From an uncultured Porphyromonadaceae bacterium (GTDB taxonomy: Bacteria > Bacteroidota > Bacteroidia > Bacteroidales > Muribaculaceae), in NCBI GenBank assembly GCA_947175665.1, contig CAMWNR010000002.1:88-64087 (forward strand): a stretch of 64,000 nucleotides of DNA. The letters run 5' to 3'. The translations under genes were made by a program, and so were the position numbers. Shown here piece by piece: positions 59,627 through 64,000 of this stretch (the first letter of the stretch is position 1; every line of letters begins with the position of its first letter). The notes under the pieces are model-generated. The model was not told the origin of the DNA. It saw only the letters and a program-made list of their open reading frames with translations, and made no database searches.

Positions 59627-59696
59627 GAGCCACAAGAAATTCTAAATTATCGGCTCCGCATGAGCCATCAGTTAACATTTCTTGAGGATTGAAGGG
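59627..59696. repeat. Degenerate back-to-back MITE-end remnant
   Basis: CCACAAGAAATTCTAA (59630) and TTAACATTTCTTGAGGATTGAAGGG (59672) resemble the inner parts of the left and right TIRs of the 27538-27848 element. Confidence 0.45.
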
Positions 59697-59757
59697 AGTT
59701 GAGATTTAAGTACTTTCGTCTCTTCGCGTGTTATACTTATAAACAGATTGTAGAATT

Positions 59758-60354
59758 ATGAAAAACACAGATACAAACGATATAAAGAATCAGTCCGTCC
59801 TCCGTCCGGGGACTATATTGATCGCTTCACCTTTACTTAATGATCCAAATTTCAAACGTACAGTAATACTGATTCTCGATAAGGATGCCAATAACGGTCA
59901 TATCGGCCTGATCCTTAACCGCAATCTCGATATATCCATGCAAGAAGCATGCGGTATGCCGGGCAAAGCCGGCGAGATGTCACTTTATCATGGAGGTCCT
60001 GTAGATCTGCAGAGACTCTTCTGGCTCGATTCGTATGGCGATCGTGTTAAGGGAAGTTACGAGATCCTGCCGGGCATTAACGTAGGCGGTGATTACGATA
60101 ATCTGATGGAGGCAATATCAACCACCACCGACCCTCAGAAGGATTTACGGTTTTACCTCGGATACAGCGGTTGGAGCGCCGGACAACTCGAAAAAGAGAT
60201 TGAGGCCGGAGCCTGGGGCATCGTAGATCATATTCTCGACCCTAACCTTCTGCTGACTCTTACGGGCAATGAAATGTGGAATGCAATAGCCAAATGGCTC
60301 GGCCCTGCCTATAGGCATTGGCTCCTCCTCCCCTCTGATCCTAATCTTAATTAA
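59758..60354 (+). CDS. YqgE/AlgH family protein (UPF0301)
   Basis: 198 aa with GTILIASPLLNDPNFKRTVILILDKDANNGHIGLILNR and YLGYSGWSAGQLEKEI. Confidence 0.85.
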   Translation: MKNTDTNDIKNQSVLRPGTILIASPLLNDPNFKRTVILILDKDANNGHIGLILNRNLDISMQEACGMPGKAGEMSLYHGGPVDLQRLFWLDSYGDRVKGSYEILPGINVGGDYDNLMEAISTTTDPQKDLRFYLGYSGWSAGQLEKEIEAGAWGIVDHILDPNLLLTLTGNEMWNAIAKWLGPAYRHWLLLPSDPNLN

Positions 60355-60376
60355 GACCCAATCCGGAAGAAATGTT

Positions 60377-60420
60377 AGACCCCAACCCACAATAGATGTT
60401 AATGTCAGGGCGCCAATATT
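60377..60420 (+). repeat. Solo MITE left end
   Basis: AGACCCCAACCCACAATAGATGTTAATGTCAGGGCGCCAATATT compares with AGACCCCAACCCACAAGAAATGTTAATGCCAGGGCGGCATATT at 27538. About 5 mismatches in 44 nt by eye, and no matching right end nearby. Confidence 0.65.
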
Positions 60421-60527
60421 TAGTGGATGATGTCTAAAAGTGAGTTTAATCGTTATTGAATTAAATTTAAACAGGTTCTACGACACCACTTATGCTATAT
60501 TTATTTCATTCTCTCCGAATTTATAAT

Positions 60528-60535
60528 TAACTTTG
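60528..60535 (+). promoter_or_regulatory. -7 promoter box TAACTTTG
   Basis: Exact TAnnTTTG match, 42 nt upstream of the lysC ATG. Confidence 0.45.
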
Positions 60536-60577
60536 TATGCTTGTAGTTTAAAAGACTCCTTTTGTTAACAGGTTAGA

Positions 60578-61966
60578 ATGATTGTATTGAAATTCGGAGG
60601 CACTTCTGTAGGTACTGCGGAGAGCCTCTATAACGTAAAAAAGATTGTAGAATCCCTCACCGACGATGCTGTAATTGTAGTTTCAGCACTCGGTGGACTT
60701 ACCGATAAACTTATTGCTACTGCTCGCGAGGCAGCAGCCGGATGTGACACCTATATAGACAGATGGGAGGAGATGGCCCTACGCCATTACCGTATAATTG
60801 ATGATACCATCCCCGATCATGAGAAGGCTGAATCTACAAAGCAACTGATTACACCCTTTCTTGATGAGTTGAAACATCTGTATCAGGGTGTGGCTCTTAT
60901 ATCCTATTTACCCGGACCGACCCTCGACCGGATTGTGTCGCTCGGTGAGAGAATGTCTTCGATTATAGTGGCCAATATTATTAATCGCGCCACTCATGTC
61001 GATTCGCTTGAGATTATCAAGACCGAAAAGTATTTTGATAAGAATATCGCTTCCGCCAATCTTACCGACAAACTTATCTCCCGTAAATTTCAAGAGATAA
61101 ATTACCCGGTCGTGATGGGGGGATTTATATCGTCTGACAAAGATACCGGCGAGATTACAAATCTCGGTCGCGGTGGATCGGATTTTACCGCTGCTTTGGT
61201 AGCGGCGTCTCTCAATGCGGAGGTTCTGCAGATTTGGACCGATGTCGATGGCTTCCTTACTACCGATCCCCGCGTAGTTAAAGATGCAAAGGTTATCTCC
61301 GAGATGTCGTTTGTGGAGAGCATGGATCTTTGCACATTTGGTGCCAAAGTTATCTATCCCCCTACTATATATCCGGTATTTCATAAAAACATCCCTATCC
61401 GGATTCTCAATACCCACAATCCTAAGGCACCGGGTACGTTGATATGCGACAAACCGCAGCGCCCCTCTACCCATATTGCAGGTATCTCTGCGCTTAAGGA
61501 TCAGTCTTTAATATTTATTAAAGGTGTAGATGAATTGAATTTTAATCCGTTTACCACCCGTGCCTTTAATGCATTATCCCGAAAGGGGTTATCGGGGAGG
61601 GTTCACACCATTCCCGGGGCTTCTGACGTATTGGCTATGTTAATTCCTACGTCTGATGCCGCCACTGCTGTAAAATTACTTAATGACGAATTTGCCCCTG
61701 AGTTATCACGGAGTGAATTGACTGATGTCGCAGTATGCGATGGATTGTCGGCACTTGCCATAGTCGGTGATAATATCCGCCAGGTTATCGGACTTAATAA
61801 CCTGATGCTTAATCTTCTTAACAATTCCGGTATCAGAGTTGAAGGATATTCCGACAAGGGCTCGGAAACTACTATCTCCTACATAGTAAGCACTGCTGAT
61901 GCAGATCGCGGACTCAATATCCTGCATACATCACTCTTTGCATCCGCTCCAATATCCTCTCTGTAG
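60578..61966 (+). CDS. lysC: Aspartate kinase
   Basis: 462 aa with MIVLKFGGTSVG, GRGGSDFTAA and C-terminal ACT-like domains. Confidence 0.9.
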   Translation: MIVLKFGGTSVGTAESLYNVKKIVESLTDDAVIVVSALGGLTDKLIATAREAAAGCDTYIDRWEEMALRHYRIIDDTIPDHEKAESTKQLITPFLDELKHLYQGVALISYLPGPTLDRIVSLGERMSSIIVANIINRATHVDSLEIIKTEKYFDKNIASANLTDKLISRKFQEINYPVVMGGFISSDKDTGEITNLGRGGSDFTAALVAASLNAEVLQIWTDVDGFLTTDPRVVKDAKVISEMSFVESMDLCTFGAKVIYPPTIYPVFHKNIPIRILNTHNPKAPGTLICDKPQRPSTHIAGISALKDQSLIFIKGVDELNFNPFTTRAFNALSRKGLSGRVHTIPGASDVLAMLIPTSDAATAVKLLNDEFAPELSRSELTDVAVCDGLSALAIVGDNIRQVIGLNNLMLNLLNNSGIRVEGYSDKGSETTISYIVSTADADRGLNILHTSLFASAPISSL

Positions 61967-62056
61967 ACTCAGAAGAGTCTTAGACTGTGTTTACTTTTAC
62001 AACGTTTTAACGTCACAGTTCCTGAAACTTTGTGGTTTTCAATTTGTTGTTATAAT

Positions 62057-62716
62057 ATGGAAATAAAAAGCGCAAAATACGAAATAAGCAATTCGGATGT
62101 CAGGAAATGCCCTGATACCGATGTGCCGGAATACGCATTTATCGGCAGATCTAATGTAGGTAAGTCTTCGTTGATAAACATGCTTACGCGTACCCGTATA
62201 GCAAAAACATCTCAGACCCCCGGCAAGACGCTCCTTATAAATCATTTCAATATCAATAACGGCAAGTGGTATCTTGTCGACTTACCCGGGTATGGTTATG
62301 CTGCAAGAGGTAAAAGCCAACGCGATGAGATACAGAGAATCATTGAGGACTATATACTCGGCCGACCACAAATGGTGCTTCTGTTTGTACTGATCGATAT
62401 ACGGCATAAACCACAAAAAATTGACCTCGAATTTCTGGAATGGCTCGGTGAGAATCAGGTACCTTTTGCCATAATCTTCACTAAGGCCGACAAACTCGGT
62501 CCTGTGGCCGGGCAGAATATGGTTAAGGAATACTGTAAAGTTCTGCATGAACAGTGGGAAGAACTTCCTCCGATATTTATAACTTCGAGCGAGAAATCTA
62601 CAGGTCGTGAAGATGTACTCGACTATATCGAGAAGGTAAATCGTCAGATCGAATCTGATAAGGCTAAAGAGTCAGAAACTGAAGATTCAAAAACCGACAA
62701 GATCGATAACGATTGA
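62057..62716 (+). CDS. engB: Ribosome biogenesis GTP-binding protein YihA/EngB
   Basis: G1 is [12 protein letters not shown] and G3 is DLPGYGYA. It has an acidic C-terminal extension. I chose the start at 62057 (MEIKSAKY), inside the track ORF. Confidence 0.9.
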   Translation: MEIKSAKYEISNSDVRKCPDTDVPEYAFIGRSNVGKSSLINMLTRTRIAKTSQTPGKTLLINHFNINNGKWYLVDLPGYGYAARGKSQRDEIQRIIEDYILGRPQMVLLFVLIDIRHKPQKIDLEFLEWLGENQVPFAIIFTKADKLGPVAGQNMVKEYCKVLHEQWEELPPIFITSSEKSTGREDVLDYIEKVNRQIESDKAKESETEDSKTDKIDND

Positions 62717-62760
62717 TAACGATAGATAAAAATACATAATTACAAAATATATATAAACCT

Positions 62761-63198
62761 ATGGCAGTAATAGCAATGGCTTCAGATCACGCCGGTGTAA
62801 ATCTGAAGAGCGAATTAAAACAGTATCTTGCTCAAAAAGGATACGACATACTCGACTTCGGTACCGATTCCGAAGAATCTTGCGATTATCCTGATTTCGC
62901 ACACCCGGCCGCCGAGGCTATCGAAAACGGTACAGCCGATTTCGGTATCTGTATGTGTGGCACCGGCAACGGTATTCAGATGACACTTAATAAGCATCAA
63001 GGTATCCGTGCCGCACTATGCTGGAAACCGGAACTTGCTTCTCTGGCCAAGGAACATAATAATGCCAACATACTGGTTCTTCCGGCACGCTTCTTGAGTT
63101 ACGATGAAGCAATCTCGATTGTAGACGCATATCTGAATGCTAAATTTGAAGGAGGTCGCCACCAACGACGCATCGACAAAATCCCCGTAAAGAAATAA
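62761..63198 (+). CDS. rpiB: Ribose 5-phosphate isomerase B
   Basis: 145 aa with IAMASDHAG, CGTGNGIQMTLNKH and NILVLPARF. Confidence 0.9.
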   Translation: MAVIAMASDHAGVNLKSELKQYLAQKGYDILDFGTDSEESCDYPDFAHPAAEAIENGTADFGICMCGTGNGIQMTLNKHQGIRAALCWKPELASLAKEHNNANILVLPARFLSYDEAISIVDAYLNAKFEGGRHQRRIDKIPVKK

Positions 63199-63213
63199 AC
63201 CGCTTCCTCACAA

Positions 63214-63333
63214 CTTTCCCAAGTAATCGCATTACCAATCTCTCAAGTTATGGTATTACTATTCTCTCAAGTTATGGTATTACTATTCTCTCAAGTTATG
63301 GCAATACGATTCTCCCAAGTGAGGATATTGATT
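63214..63333. repeat. Tandem repeat, 24-nt unit CTCTCAAGTTATGGTATTACTATT, about 5 copies (2 perfect)
   Basis: Perfect copies lie at 63240-63263 and 63264-63287. Degenerate copies lie at 63214, 63288 and 63312. Confidence 0.85.
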
Positions 63334-63375
63334 ATCTCCTAAATAATATATAGGTAATATTGTACTTATATTCTG

Positions 63376-63756
63376 ATGGAATATTTCGAAATTAAGATAG
63401 ATAATTGCCGGTTTTACGCTTATCATGGTGTCATGGATCATGAGCGTAAAGCCGGCAATGAGTATCAACTATCCATAACAGTGAAATATCCGGCTGTTTC
63501 TCCGGAAAAAGATGATCTCGATAACAGTATATCATACGCCGACCTATATGATATTGCAAAAATAGAAATGGCTATCCCACGACTGCTGCTGGAGACAGTT
63601 GCATCCTCGATAGGACGTAAAATAGCCTCTCGATGGACCCGACACCTCGGCATAGAAGTCAAAATCACCAAGGTTACCCCCCCCATTTCAGGATTTGATG
63701 GCTCTGCCACAGTAGTATACCATCGCGACCTGGAACCGGTTGTTGAGAAGATATAA
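63376..63756 (+). CDS. folB: Dihydroneopterin aldolase
   Basis: 126 aa, with YAYHGVMDHERKAGNEYQLSITV typical of FolB. Confidence 0.85.
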   Translation: MEYFEIKIDNCRFYAYHGVMDHERKAGNEYQLSITVKYPAVSPEKDDLDNSISYADLYDIAKIEMAIPRLLLETVASSIGRKIASRWTRHLGIEVKITKVTPPISGFDGSATVVYHRDLEPVVEKI

Positions 63757-63927
63757 GAATCATCGATTGTAGAATCATAGATTCATCGATAATAGGATCA
63801 TCACAATTTCATCCAATCAATTGTGGTATTGAGAATTAACTATCACTCCGAAAATACCGGATAACGGAAGAAATAAAAAAGTATTAAATTTTTTTATTGA
63901 AAATTTGGTGATTTAAAAAATAATGCG

Positions 63928-63935
63928 TAACTTTG
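63928..63935 (+). promoter_or_regulatory. Bacteroides-type promoter (-7 TAACTTTG, with TTTG at 63904-63907)
   Basis: A -33-like TTTG lies 20 nt upstream of the -7 box. The box is 34 nt upstream of the putative tRNA 5' end. Confidence 0.5.
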
Positions 63936-63969
63936 CATCGCAATTGAGGGAAACACCTCGGTTAGCAAT

Positions 63970-64000
63970 GGTTCGTTAGCTCAACTGAATAGAGCATCTG
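63970..64000 (+). tRNA. Probable 5' part of a tRNA gene, truncated by the window end
   Basis: GGTTCGT TA GCTC AACTGAATA GAGC A TCTG fits acceptor arm, U8/A9 and D-arm. It resembles the 5' half of tRNA-Lys (GGGTCGTTAGCTCAGTTGGTAGAGCAGTTG). The D-loop lacks the canonical GG pair and the anticodon is not visible, so isotype and authenticity are uncertain. Confidence 0.4.

Noticed and set aside
60355-60577. Lysine riboswitch upstream of lysC
   Set aside because: The consensus -7 box at 60528 leaves a leader of only ~35 nt, too short for an L-box. The rest of the spacer is occupied by a MITE-end remnant.

Overview
This looks like a chromosomal segment from a T9SS-bearing Bacteroidales (Bacteroidota) genome. 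Supporting marks are Bacteroides-type TAnnTTTG -7 promoter boxes, SprA/Sov, BamD, a sphingolipid-type serine palmitoyltransferase and a Na+-pumping methylmalonyl-CoA decarboxylase operon. I call about 53 CDS, nearly all housekeeping. They cover envelope and LPS (lpxB, kdsC, an LptF/G-family permease, bamD), tRNA/rRNA modification (tsaE, tgt, rluD), chaperones (dnaK, clpB) and recombination (ruvA, recR). They also cover propionate fermentation (mce plus the mmd operon), folate (folB, a folK-like gene), lysC, rpiB and engB. I see no rRNA, CRISPR array, integrase or phage block, and no convincing novel multi-gene defence system. The unusual content is small-scale. (1) A HepT/MntA toxin-antitoxin pair has its toxin gene broken by a 311-bp MITE-like element with 34-bp terminal inverted repeats and also by an in-frame TAG, while the antitoxin is intact. 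(2) Solo or degenerate ends of the same element lie just downstream of several other genes. (3) A perfect 308-bp tandem duplication splits maf. (4) Two arrays of strictly 10-bp-phased degenerate repeats share an 18-nt block that supplies the last codons and stop codon of two unrelated ORFs. (5) Two intergenic segments are flanked by 20-22-bp inverted repeats, and an AT-rich motif recurs upstream of at least five genes. (6) Three other short tandem-repeat arrays sit at gene 3' ends. (7) An uncharacterised envelope module (outer-membrane barrel, ECF sigma, anti-sigma-like, DUF4252-like, GIN-domain) is the best candidate for a poorly understood system. All identity counts and coordinates were worked out by eye from the printed sequence, and no database search was run.
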